IMG/VR virus record: IMGVR_UViG_3300013132_000026
Location: 1 to 64,000 of that record
Source: a virus
Length of the DNA stretch: 64,000 nt
Strand: one strand, 5' to 3'
Shown here piece by piece: positions 9,973 to 19,277 of the stretch. Numbering within the stretch: the first letter of the stretch is position 1; the number at the start of each line of letters is the position of its first letter. Under the pieces are notes generated by a model that was not told the DNA's origin, made no database searches, and was given only the letters and a program-made list of their open reading frames with translations. A program made the position numbers and the translations under genes.

Positions 9973-10503
9973 ATGAACTTCCTCTGCATCGAAAACTTTT
10001 CTGGAGAAACGTTATCGCAAGTTATTCGCGATCTTCAGTTCAAAGACAAAGATCTCGGCCAAGAAATCGACTGTTTCAATTTTGTTGACCCGAGTTACGA
10101 AGAAATCTTCTCGGGCATTTTGCGCCAAAAAGTATCTTTACCAAAACACTGGGGGTTCTTCCGCAAAGCGAATTCCACGATTCATTTCGAGACTCACTCT
10201 GGACGAAGTTTATTCGCCGCTGTTCTCGCGCTAGACAGTCTTGTATTTACGAGCTACAAGCATAAAAAGCTTGGCGCAAGAACCGTTTATTGCCTCCCAC
10301 CAGAATCGGTTCCCGCCTTTATTCAAGAAAATTCTAACGTTCCCGAAAATTGGGACGTTGAGAATCGAATCGCGATTCCACAAGGTTCACTTTTCTTTTA
10401 CGAGCCTTGGTATTGGCACACTTTTTCAAACGGAACTGCGCAACACTTTCTTGTTGAAAGACCCTCTGAAACCAATAAAATTGATGAAACACCAAAAGCA
10501 TGA
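9973..10503 (+). CDS. Putative 2OG-Fe(II) oxygenase/cupin-fold protein
   Basis: IHFE (HxE) and a distal WYWH; spacing fits a double-stranded beta-helix oxygenase. Confidence 0.5.
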   Translation: MNFLCIENFSGETLSQVIRDLQFKDKDLGQEIDCFNFVDPSYEEIFSGILRQKVSLPKHWGFFRKANSTIHFETHSGRSLFAAVLALDSLVFTSYKHKKLGARTVYCLPPESVPAFIQENSNVPENWDVENRIAIPQGSLFFYEPWYWHTFSNGTAQHFLVERPSETNKIDETPKA

Positions 10504-11048
10504 AACTAAACATTGGTTCTGGCGGCATCAAACTCGATGGATTCGTTACTTGTGATTACGATCTTCTCGCAAAGCCAGATTATTTATTTAATCTGGAAAA
10601 AGACCCTTTCCCATTTACTGACAATTCAGTAGAACTCGTTGTTGCGAGTCACATCTTCGAGCATCTTGGCGAAGGTTATTTTCACTGCTTAAAAGAGCTT
10701 TATCGCGTTTGTAAGCACGGCGCGATCATTGACGTTACGGTTCCGCATCATCGCAACGATTATTTCTTCGATGATCCGACGCACCGCAGGCCAATCACAG
10801 TTGGCGGCTTGCGCCTTTTCAGCAAGAAGCACAATGCGCTGTGCAAAGCTCAAGGCGCGGCATCTTCTAGACTCGGAGACTACTTTGACGTAGATTTTGA
10901 GATCTTAGAGTTCCATCACGATCCGATGCCACAATATAGATCCGTGTTCGAAGGAAAGCCTCGCGAAGAAGTTGAGCGCTATATCTTTGAGCATAGCAAT
11001 GTACTCGAACAGTTGAACATTAAGCTTGTTGTTATCAAGCAACCATGA
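10500..11048 (+). CDS. Class I SAM-dependent methyltransferase (type 11-like)
   Basis: KLNIGSG, PFTDNSV, SHIFEHL, ELYRVCKHG, DPTH motifs. Confidence 0.85.
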   Translation: MKLNIGSGGIKLDGFVTCDYDLLAKPDYLFNLEKDPFPFTDNSVELVVASHIFEHLGEGYFHCLKELYRVCKHGAIIDVTVPHHRNDYFFDDPTHRRPITVGGLRLFSKKHNALCKAQGAASSRLGDYFDVDFEILEFHHDPMPQYRSVFEGKPREEVERYIFEHSNVLEQLNIKLVVIKQP

Positions 11049-12379
11049 GCGATATCTCGCACATCAGACAAACTGTTCTCGATTTGATCGCGAAAGAAAA
11101 ACGAAAGACAGTTTTTGAAATCATCGACTTTTACTACGCCAAGGCTAAGACTTTAGCCGAGTTCGATGTTCTCGGAGAGTTGTCTTTAAAGGCCGAGTAT
11201 CACGAAGTATATTTGCAGTGCGCAGAAGCGGCGTATTCTTGCGCGAGTACAAGCGAGCAAATTGCCGCTGCTCGCACGAACCTCTATCAAGCTTACAATC
11301 GTCTCAATTATCCAGAGAAGGCTCTGTTTTATATCGATCTTCACTATAAGCGCGACCCAGACAACTTCGAAGGATTGATGAACAAGGCATTTAACCTTGC
11401 GTTATTGGGTCAGAGAAAAGAATCGGAAACGATTTTGGAAGGCTTGAGAGCAAGAAGCGCCGAAGATGCTGAAAACTTGCGATACTCTCTTTCGGGTAAA
11501 ATGCTTCGTTCTGGCGAAACTGCCGATGGAATCATCAACTTTATCGACACGTTCAAGCCTAGAAGCAAGCTGTTTGAGGATAGCTTCAACATGAAAAAGT
11601 GGGTCGGCGGTCCACAGCCTGGCCGCACAATCTTCGTTAACGGCGAAGGCGGCGTTGGCGACGAGATTATTAACATTCGCTTCTTCAAGCATCTCAAAGA
11701 TCTTGGAATGAATCCAGTCTTGTACTCTTGCTGGTCAATGTATCGCCCAGATATTGTTGACGTGTTTCGCCGTCACGGTCACGAAGTTATCTCGGAAACG
11801 TATTCTATCGACAAGACTGCACTGTGGACAAATATGATGCCGCTGCCCGGTTATCTTGGCCTCGAAGAAAAAGATCTTTGGTACGGTCCATACCTCACGC
11901 CAAAGCGCGATCCGAAGAATCGCCTCGAAAGCAAGAAGTTTAAAATTGGTATTAAAGCTAACGGTAACCCGTACTTTTCTCAGGACATTTATCGGCGCAT
12001 TCCAATCGATCAAATCATTGAAGCCTTGTCCGAGTTCAAGGATATCGAAATCTACTTCTTTGATAAAGAGCAAGCTCACTCAAAGTGCATCAATATGAAA
12101 GACAAGTTGAACTCTTGGGACGATACGCTCGACTACATTGACCAAATGGACGTGATCTTAAGCTCTTGTACGAGCCTCGTTCACGCTGCTGGAGCAATCG
12201 GCAAAACAACTATCGTTATGACGCCGATTGCCGAGTATTATGTTTGGACAAGCACGCGCACGAACAATAGCACGCCTTGGTATGGAGATAACTTCTATGT
12301 TGCGAAACAAGAGAAGCTGCGCTCTTGGGCAGAACCGTTACAAAAAGCTAAAGAAATTATAAAGGGACTAATCGGATGA
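11045..12379 (+). CDS. TPR + GT9-like glycosyltransferase
   Basis: Helical TPR N-terminus; EGGVGDEII; DVILSSCTSLVHAAGAIGK; TPWYG. Paralog of the gene at 1..920. Confidence 0.8.
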   Translation: MSDISHIRQTVLDLIAKEKRKTVFEIIDFYYAKAKTLAEFDVLGELSLKAEYHEVYLQCAEAAYSCASTSEQIAAARTNLYQAYNRLNYPEKALFYIDLHYKRDPDNFEGLMNKAFNLALLGQRKESETILEGLRARSAEDAENLRYSLSGKMLRSGETADGIINFIDTFKPRSKLFEDSFNMKKWVGGPQPGRTIFVNGEGGVGDEIINIRFFKHLKDLGMNPVLYSCWSMYRPDIVDVFRRHGHEVISETYSIDKTALWTNMMPLPGYLGLEEKDLWYGPYLTPKRDPKNRLESKKFKIGIKANGNPYFSQDIYRRIPIDQIIEALSEFKDIEIYFFDKEQAHSKCINMKDKLNSWDDTLDYIDQMDVILSSCTSLVHAAGAIGKTTIVMTPIAEYYVWTSTRTNNSTPWYGDNFYVAKQEKLRSWAEPLQKAKEIIKGLIG

Positions 12380-13035
12380 AATTTGAATACTGGTTTCCAA
12401 CTGTTCTCGCCGTTCATCACGCCGAGGACAATTGCAGAAATGCAACTAAAGAAAAGATCTCGAAGTGGATCGAAAGCGGCGAGCACACAAAGTACCTCGA
12501 AGCTTGCCGCGAAGATAACTTGACAACGAGTTATTTTAAATGGCACGACACTCTCGGAGACTTGAAGCTAACAGAGTTACACGCCGAGATCTTAGCTCAA
12601 ACGGCAAAGTTCATTGAGCATATGGGTTTACATCTTGAAACTAAGAACCTCAAAGTAGACTCTTGGATCAATTTCTTTTACCCGAATCAAACAGAACATC
12701 AGCACAACCATTACGGCAACTTCATTTCGGGCGTTTACTACGTTACTGGCAACGAGAAATCGGGCGCTTTTAGATTCTTCGATCCTGCCGTTCAAAAAAC
12801 AATGTGGCGCGGTCAGTATTTATCGAATTCGGCACAGTCGATTGTTAACTTAACGAGCGGTCAGTATCTCCCAGAAGACGGCAAAATGATCTTGTTTCCT
12901 AGCTGGTTAGAGCACTCGGTGTTGAAAAACACGTCGGACGAACCTAGAATCTCGATAGCATTCAATATCAATTTAAAGAATCAAAATGAAAAAGACGTAT
13001 CACATGATCACTGGTCTCCCGCGTTCGGGATCTAG
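12376..13035 (+). CDS. Putative 2OG-Fe(II) oxygenase (TIGR02466-like)
   Basis: SWIN...HNH..NFISGVYYV...F.DP...G.MILFPSWLEHSV..N.SDEPRISIAFNI. Confidence 0.85.
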   Translation: MKFEYWFPTVLAVHHAEDNCRNATKEKISKWIESGEHTKYLEACREDNLTTSYFKWHDTLGDLKLTELHAEILAQTAKFIEHMGLHLETKNLKVDSWINFFYPNQTEHQHNHYGNFISGVYYVTGNEKSGAFRFFDPAVQKTMWRGQYLSNSAQSIVNLTSGQYLPEDGKMILFPSWLEHSVLKNTSDEPRISIAFNINLKNQNEKDVSHDHWSPAFGI

Positions 13036-13759
13036 TTTGTTGACCGCGATTCTAAAGCAGAACCCACGCTTTCACTCTTCGATCACGGACGGATTTGCCG
13101 CTTCTATTCCAAAGGCTTTGGAAGCTTGCCAAGGAGCGCCCGGTATGCGTTCCGAGTTTCCAGACCAACGCAAGCGCGATCTTGTTGAGGCAATGTTCGA
13201 TGGCTTCTACAAGTGCGTAGACAAGGAAGTTGTTTTCAACACTAGCCGAGGCTGGACGTATCTCACGTCGATTGTTAAAGATCTTTATCCAAACTCGAAG
13301 ATGCTCGTTTGCGTTCGCGACATCAAGTGGATCTTAGACAGCTTTGAACTCGCCTTTCGCAGAAACCCTTACACGGTGAATAGCGTATCGTTCGGTGGTT
13401 TGAGCGGTAGCGTTTACTCTCGCGCAGATTCGTTTATGAGCGACGACGGCATCGTTGGCTTCGCTTACAACGGTTTGAAGCAAGGCATCACTAGCGGCGA
13501 GAAGAAGAGTTTGATGCTCGTTGAGTACGATCAGCTCTGCAAGAACCCGAAGGGCATGATGACTGCGATCTATAACTTCATTGGAGAGCCGCAGTTCGAG
13601 CACGACTTCAACAACGTTCAAATGTCTTGGGACGAGTACGACGCAGAGATCGGCATTAAGCTGCACAATGTTCGCAAAAAGATCAAATATACTCAGCGCG
13701 AAACGATTCTCCCTCCTGACCTTATTCACAAGTATTCGGGCTTAGAAGTTTGGCGTTAA
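12986..13759 (+). CDS. Sulfotransferase family protein
   Basis: 5'-PSB loop GLPRSGSSLL..IL.QNP; 3'-PB motif VRD...IL.S; VEYDQLCKNP. Confidence 0.85.
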   Translation: MKKTYHMITGLPRSGSSLLTAILKQNPRFHSSITDGFAASIPKALEACQGAPGMRSEFPDQRKRDLVEAMFDGFYKCVDKEVVFNTSRGWTYLTSIVKDLYPNSKMLVCVRDIKWILDSFELAFRRNPYTVNSVSFGGLSGSVYSRADSFMSDDGIVGFAYNGLKQGITSGEKKSLMLVEYDQLCKNPKGMMTAIYNFIGEPQFEHDFNNVQMSWDEYDAEIGIKLHNVRKKIKYTQRETILPPDLIHKYSGLEVWR

Positions 13760-14127
13760 TGCAAGAACGCACGTTCAGAGAATGCGGCGAGTGTTACGCT
13801 TGCTGTGATGGTCACTTGTTCGCTAATGCTCACGGCAACAAGTTCGGTGCTGGCTGCGCTTGTGCTTTTTTAGTAAACAAGAAATGCTCCGTTTACGAGA
13901 ACCGACCCGATGTTTGCCGCAAATATCAGTGCGCTTGGACGCAGCATCTTCTCGACGTGGATATGCGCCCAGACAAGTGCGGCATCATGGTTTCCGTAGA
14001 GATTGACGCTAATAAAAAGCAGTATCTCAAAGTGATGCAGATCAAAGAATTTGTAGGCTACGAGGTTTACAAAAAACTTGACGAATGCGCGAAAAAACTT
14101 CATACCTATTGGATTAAAGCTTCATGA
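13759..14127 (+). CDS. YkgJ-family cysteine-cluster (Fe-S/Zn) protein
   Basis: CGECYACC...C.FL...CSVYENRPDVCRKYQC; ATG overlaps the upstream stop. Confidence 0.75.
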   Translation: MQERTFRECGECYACCDGHLFANAHGNKFGAGCACAFLVNKKCSVYENRPDVCRKYQCAWTQHLLDVDMRPDKCGIMVSVEIDANKKQYLKVMQIKEFVGYEVYKKLDECAKKLHTYWIKAS

Positions 14128-15053
14128 ACACAACTTTCATTATTAGTGGCGGCGCGGGTCGAGTAATTGCAGCAGTTCCAGCGTTAGAGAAGTATGCGCG
14201 GCTAAATCCAAATGACGATTTCAAAGTTCTCGTTTATGGATGGGAGAGTTTGTTCTGGAGCCACCCAGTTTTACAAAGCCGCACGTTCTCGATTCATCAG
14301 AAAGGAACGTTCGAAGTTAGTATCAAAAATAATCGTGTCGTTTGTCCTGAGCCTTACTACGTTCATGACTACTACAATCAGAAGATTTCTTTAGCGCAAG
14401 CCTTTGACGCCGAGATCAACAAAACATCTGACTATTCTGATTTAACGCCGCCGAAGCTTTATATCTCGACTCTTGAGCGTAACTCGGCTCTTAGAATCGT
14501 GCGCGAGACTAGCAAGGAACGCGCAAAAACGCTCGTTATTCAGCCGTATGGTAGTGGGATGGGCATTTTGAATAATCGCCCGTTTGATTCGAGTCATCGT
14601 AGCTTGGACGTGGACGCCTATTTAAAAATCGTTAAGCGCTTATCCGAGAAGAATCGCGACCTTTCGATCATTTACTTTGGCGACCAAAACTATCGCCACC
14701 CTGCCGATGACGTGTCCGTAGACCTTAAGCCTTACGGTCCCGATCTTCGCGCATACTTGTCTTTGATTGCAGTTAGCGATTACTTTTTGGGTTGCGATAG
14801 CGTTGGGCAACACATGGCTCGCGCCCTTAACAAGAACGGAATGGTCTTAATGGGATCGACCGACGAAACTAACGTTTCTTACCCAGACTATTTTACGATC
14901 TATCGCAAAAAGGGTCACGTTCCAACTTACAGTCCGATTCGTCTCTCTGGTTTAGATTGCGAGTTTGCCGACAGATTAAATGACGGCATCATGAACTTCA
15001 ACGACGAAGAGATAGAAGAGATTTGCGATACGGTAAACGCGAGCCTCTATTAA
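14124..15053 (+). CDS. GT9-like glycosyltransferase
   Basis: GGAGRVIAAVPAL; VIQPYG; DYFLGCDSVGQHMARALNK. Confidence 0.75.
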   Translation: MNTTFIISGGAGRVIAAVPALEKYARLNPNDDFKVLVYGWESLFWSHPVLQSRTFSIHQKGTFEVSIKNNRVVCPEPYYVHDYYNQKISLAQAFDAEINKTSDYSDLTPPKLYISTLERNSALRIVRETSKERAKTLVIQPYGSGMGILNNRPFDSSHRSLDVDAYLKIVKRLSEKNRDLSIIYFGDQNYRHPADDVSVDLKPYGPDLRAYLSLIAVSDYFLGCDSVGQHMARALNKNGMVLMGSTDETNVSYPDYFTIYRKKGHVPTYSPIRLSGLDCEFADRLNDGIMNFNDEEIEEICDTVNASLY

Positions 15054-15093
15054 CAAAAAACCCCCGAATTTCTTCGGGGGTCTTTTTTTGTTT
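15054..15093. terminator. Bidirectional intrinsic terminator between convergent genes
   Basis: A6-CCCCCGAA-tttc-TTCGGGGG-TC-T7. Confidence 0.85.
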
Positions 15094-15105
15094 CTACAGT
15101 CTGTC

Positions 15106-16233
15106 TTAGTTCGTAGTCGCAACGAACACGCCGTTAACCGTGTCCTGTGGCGCACCGATCTGGGTCGTGTACACAAGGTCAACCGTCTTGTTGTCACCGA
15201 TGGCGCTTGAGTGATTTTCACTTACAAGCTTCGCACCCTTGACTTGATAAATGATCTTGTTGTTGCCAGCGGGGTCTTTGAAGGTGAACTTGAGGGTCTT
15301 CGTTTCGTCGTTAGAAACGAGGAGGTCAAGATTACCCGACTGCTTAAGGTCGGCAAGAATCGCGGAAACGTTCACCGTTACTTCGATTGGGAAGTCGATA
15401 ACCTTCGCGAAGCCGAAGCGTGAGCCGAGGCGCTGGAGGGTTGTACGACCAACTGGGATTTCAATCGAGAACGACTGAATGTGAGCCGCAGTGTTGCCAG
15501 AATCGGCACCCGTTGGGAAGTCAGCGAGAACAGGGTCAGCGAGTTCGAGCGTGATGTCGCCTGGGCGCAGAGCGGAGATACCGATTGCACCGCTGTTTGG
15601 CGCAGGAAGCTGGAACTGGTTATCGCCAGTTGCGCTGGTTTCGACCGTAAGAGACGGCAGAGTGCCAGAGCTACCTTCAACAACGTTAATGTTCAGACCT
15701 TCTACCGAAACCGAAACCGTTGGAAGACCACCTACAGCAGCTTCTACCGAGTAATTCGTGATAAAGCCGTTACCGATGGTGATCGTGCTGGCGGCAGCGC
15801 CAGTGAACGAAGCGTCGGTTGAGCTTACGCCGTTAGCGTCGTTACCTTCAGGGGAGGTAAAGATGTGGAAGTTACGACCAGAAAGGGTCGCAGTGTCCGA
15901 GGTTTGGGTCGCATCGATAAGGCCCGAAATGAACGAGCGGGTCGTTCCGAGACCAGTACCTACCGAGAAACCGAGGGCCGTTTCGTTATTACCAGTGTGC
16001 AGGTAATAAGTCATATCCATCGTGACGGTGGGTGGTTCAAGGATGATAGCGTCAATACGAGCAAGGTTGCCGAATTGATTAACGTCCTGACGAGCGACAG
16101 AGAAGCCGTAGTTGGCCGACTGTACGCGGTGGAGCTGCTTGATGTTGCCGCTTGGGTGGGTCGCCGTTGGAATGAGCGTCCCGTCGCTCACAAAAAGAGC
16201 TTCGGATTGGTAGATTACTCTATTTCTTGCCAT
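15106..16233 (-). CDS. Putative major tail tube protein
   Basis: Beta-rich two-domain protein in the tail module with its own TGTAAA motif (16258-16263) and terminator. Paralogous to 26850..27620 and 28585..29742. Confidence 0.65.
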   Translation of the reverse strand: MARNRVIYQSEALFVSDGTLIPTATHPSGNIKQLHRVQSANYGFSVARQDVNQFGNLARIDAIILEPPTVTMDMTYYLHTGNNETALGFSVGTGLGTTRSFISGLIDATQTSDTATLSGRNFHIFTSPEGNDANGVSSTDASFTGAAASTITIGNGFITNYSVEAAVGGLPTVSVSVEGLNINVVEGSSGTLPSLTVETSATGDNQFQLPAPNSGAIGISALRPGDITLELADPVLADFPTGADSGNTAAHIQSFSIEIPVGRTTLQRLGSRFGFAKVIDFPIEVTVNVSAILADLKQSGNLDLLVSNDETKTLKFTFKDPAGNNKIIYQVKGAKLVSENHSSAIGDNKTVDLVYTTQIGAPQDTVNGVFVATTN

Positions 16234-16287
16234 AAGTTAGAAGAAGGTTTTAAATACTTTACATTTATTTGGGGCAGAATGGAATAT

Positions 16288-17133
16288 TTACGCCCTTGGA
16301 TATCGATAATTAATAACCTCAAAATCTAGGAACCCGATGTACGAACGGGCCGACCCGCGAGAGTCCTTGAACTTCGAAACTGTCACGTCATCAATAAATA
16401 GCTCAACGCTAGGGTCTGGGTTCGTGTAGTAGTCATCGAACGAGAACGGCGGGGTCTTGATGTCGCCGAACTCGTTGATCGGGTAGCTGCCAAAGTCCTT
16501 TTGCTTGAAAACGCGGTTCTTAGAGTCGGCAAAGATCGACAATACCCCGTCTAACGAGTAGGGGTCGTCCGCAAACACGATAGACCGCATCATTGAGCGC
16601 GTCTCGTCTTCGCCGCCGAAAGAAAACGGCGTGTTTTCGAACGAATCGGACATGATATAAATCGCGGGCAAAGTCTGATCGTAAGGCGGCAAATAAGTTG
16701 CACCGCTCCAAGGAAACTTCTTTTGCGAGGACAAGTTCTTCTCGATGACCAGATCTTCCTCGTTTTCGTTCGAGAGATAAACGTTGAAGTCCTTGACCGA
16801 GAAGCTGCCCGTTACTGCTGCGCCCGTAGCTACGCCTGCGCCCGTAGCGAGCACGCGACCGTTCAAAAAGTCGATCTTCAGTGCGCTCGACCTTGGCGTA
16901 AAAGTCGAATTGATAAAGACGCCACTAGGAATCGTTGCGCCCGTGATAGTCGAGTCGTAAACCCACTGGCGATATTGCGTGCCGAAAGCTTTATAGGTTG
17001 AAGGCAAACGAGCGTCTTGGTTATAGTAAAACCGCCCAGTTTGATTCGTGTATGCTTCGCCTTTTTGCAAAAGGTAGTGGTCGAGCCACAGTGCGAAGGA
17101 CGTTGTTACGTTATGCTGATATTGCGGTTTCAT
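16288..17133 (-). CDS. Putative tail completion/terminator (neck) protein
   Basis: Lies directly upstream of the tube gene; LPAIYI...PFSFGG pattern; synteny-based call. Confidence 0.45.
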   Translation of the reverse strand: MKPQYQHNVTTSFALWLDHYLLQKGEAYTNQTGRFYYNQDARLPSTYKAFGTQYRQWVYDSTITGATIPSGVFINSTFTPRSSALKIDFLNGRVLATGAGVATGAAVTGSFSVKDFNVYLSNENEEDLVIEKNLSSQKKFPWSGATYLPPYDQTLPAIYIMSDSFENTPFSFGGEDETRSMMRSIVFADDPYSLDGVLSIFADSKNRVFKQKDFGSYPINEFGDIKTPPFSFDDYYTNPDPSVELFIDDVTVSKFKDSRGSARSYIGFLDFEVINYRYPRA

Positions 17134-17722
17134 CTAAATTTGAGAATTCCTTTTGGTACTTGGCTAAGATCGCGCTAATGTATTTTACATTTTTAAATCG
17201 GGTTTTTCCGCGAATTTTACCTTGTTGCGTTTGAATTGCGGTTCCCGAGCGAGAGTTTTTCAACGATGTTCTTTGATCGTAGAGGTACTGACCGATACCA
17301 GAAATGCCCGTTTCGATACCTCGCGCCCAGCTTCTGCCCGAAGCCCACGGCATCGGTGAAACTTCCCAAACGTCCTCGCGTGCTGGCATGAAGATCGTCC
17401 AGTTCGCGCCATCTGGAACGGTCCCAACAAACTGAAGCGCTGTCTTTTCGAACAAATCTAAAATTGGCTGAATCGGCTCGTCACCATCGTAAAAGCCGAT
17501 GTAAGAAAATAAATTGCCGTATCCGCCAAGAGTGCCGCTAGTGTTCGGAGAAGATGGGCCAGCTAAAATTTCTTTTGTGATTGGATGATCAAGGAACTCT
17601 CGGATCATTCTCCGCTTGATTGCATTGAAGCGTGCAGTAACTTGCTTCTCGAAAGATCTGCGAATGATTTCGCCAGATTCGCGAGCGATCAATGCTTCAA
17701 CACCACGGGGAAGTCTTGCCAT
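17111..17722 (-). CDS. Putative neck/tail-joining protein
   Basis: Synteny in the head-tail junction block; basic C-terminus. Confidence 0.4.
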   Translation of the reverse strand: MARLPRGVEALIARESGEIIRRSFEKQVTARFNAIKRRMIREFLDHPITKEILAGPSSPNTSGTLGGYGNLFSYIGFYDGDEPIQPILDLFEKTALQFVGTVPDGANWTIFMPAREDVWEVSPMPWASGRSWARGIETGISGIGQYLYDQRTSLKNSRSGTAIQTQQGKIRGKTRFKNVKYISAILAKYQKEFSNLDETAISA

Positions 17723-17723
17723 T

Positions 17724-18179
17724 TTATTCGTTAATCGGAGTCAAGAGAAACGAGTAGTATCTTGGGCCAAACATTCCGTTTGGTTTGTAATCTGAGACGA
17801 ACTGGTAGCGGCGACCATCAAACTCGACTTTGCGAGCTTCTTTCAGGTAAGGCCATGCAGCTGCGTCAACTTTAACCTTAACTGTTCCTGCGGGATACAA
17901 CATTCGTGTCTGATTAGTTGATCCGGGGTACATGGGCTTGTCGTTAGACAAGTATCTAATCTTTGCCTTAAACGTGTAGGACTTTGTAGTGTACGTTGGT
18001 TCGTTAACGGCACGGGAATCGTCTGCTCCATAGAATGCATTGTAGCTACTAGAAGTTGTTAGAATCGTCATTTCTGGATTCATGATAACAGTAATGGTTC
18101 GTTGAAACGTCTCGAAAACGTCATCAAAAATACTGTTAATGTAGGATTTTTGAGAATCAGAAATGTATGAGGTTGGCAT
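17724..18179 (-). CDS. Putative head-closure/head-tail adaptor protein
   Basis: Small beta protein ending VEFDGRRY.F; GTGTAAA 7 nt upstream on the minus strand. Confidence 0.45.
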   Translation of the reverse strand: MPTSYISDSQKSYINSIFDDVFETFQRTITVIMNPEMTILTTSSSYNAFYGADDSRAVNEPTYTTKSYTFKAKIRYLSNDKPMYPGSTNQTRMLYPAGTVKVKVDAAAWPYLKEARKVEFDGRRYQFVSDYKPNGMFGPRYYSFLLTPINE

Positions 18180-18232
18180 ATTTTTCTTTACACTTTTTAT
18201 CTCTAATTTATTATATAGTAAGGCAAAAGGTT

Positions 18233-18529
18233 ATGACGGGCAAAGAATACCTGAACGACAGGGTTAAGGTCAACACCTCTGATTTATTCAAGAGGATGTT
18301 AATGATTTTGGAAGACATTAAGCATGAACATGATAGGCAATTTGCAAAATTGCTAGAAGCTGCGCCCGAAAGCTTCAAACCAGTTGTCTCCCAAGCTAAC
18401 TATCTAGATGACGAAAAAGCCGCATATTTGCGGAAACGTATCTTAGATGTTGGCAACGAACTGCTTAGAAAACTAGCTTCTGAGCTAGAGCAAGTTCGCG
18501 TCGAATTTCACCATACATTTAAACAATAA
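18233..18529 (+). CDS. Hypothetical protein
   Basis: ATG 18233; helical ORF leading the TMP operon. Confidence 0.6.
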   Translation: MTGKEYLNDRVKVNTSDLFKRMLMILEDIKHEHDRQFAKLLEAAPESFKPVVSQANYLDDEKAAYLRKRILDVGNELLRKLASELEQVRVEFHHTFKQ

Positions 18530-18530
18530 C

Positions 18531-19277
18531 ATGAAAGAACTCTATAGTTTCACCGTAAATCTCGAAAAAGAAGTCGAAAAGACCGAGACTAAAGAAGAGG
18601 ACGGCAAGACGATCACCGTTACCCAAAAGGTAAAGGAAGAGGTTCCCGTGAAGCTAATCATCAAGCAGCCTTCGCGAAAGAATATCGAAGACGCCGATCT
18701 TCAGTATAGCATCGAGATGTCCTCGTGCATTAAGAAGGGTATTTTGACGCGAGGGATGTTAATGAAGAAATACGCCGATACGGGCGGCGTTCTTACCGAG
18801 AGTGACGCTCAAGAGATGCTCAAGATCTACGGAACTATTGCGGGTTTAGAACAGGAGTATGTGAGTATGGTAGCGCGCACTGAAAATCGCGACAAAGAAA
18901 ATGAAACGCGCATTCTTGAGAAGATTATGGCAGGGAAGCAGCGGCTAATGCAACTAGAGTCGTCGTATTCGAATTTGATTTCAAACACTGCCGATATGAT
19001 TGCGGTCAATAATGTTATTCGCTGGTATTGTTTGACTCTTATTCACAAGCAAACTCTGCCAGACGGTCAGATCGAGCCAATGTTCCCCGGTTATACTCTC
19101 GAAGATAAGATCGAGACGCTACACAAGCTCGATGAAGAAGAAGATCCGCTGTATAAAAAAACTTACAAGAAATTGGCTAGCTTTGTAGCTTTCTGGTATT
19201 ATAGCAAGAATGCGACTCGCGAAGACTTTGACGCTTTAAACAAAGACATTGAAGAAGGACAATTCACTAGCGAGTAA
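18531..19277 (+). CDS. Putative tail assembly chaperone
   Basis: Charged helical protein two genes upstream of the TMP; synteny. Confidence 0.45.
   Translation: MKELYSFTVNLEKEVEKTETKEEDGKTITVTQKVKEEVPVKLIIKQPSRKNIEDADLQYSIEMSSCIKKGILTRGMLMKKYADTGGVLTESDAQEMLKIYGTIAGLEQEYVSMVARTENRDKENETRILEKIMAGKQRLMQLESSYSNLISNTADMIAVNNVIRWYCLTLIHKQTLPDGQIEPMFPGYTLEDKIETLHKLDEEEDPLYKKTYKKLASFVAFWYYSKNATREDFDALNKDIEEGQFTSE

Noticed and set aside
19240-19277. Lambda G/GT-type programmed -1 frameshift between the pre-TMP genes
   Set aside because: The downstream ORF is in the +1 frame, a stop at 19237 limits the overlap, and no slippery heptamer is visible.
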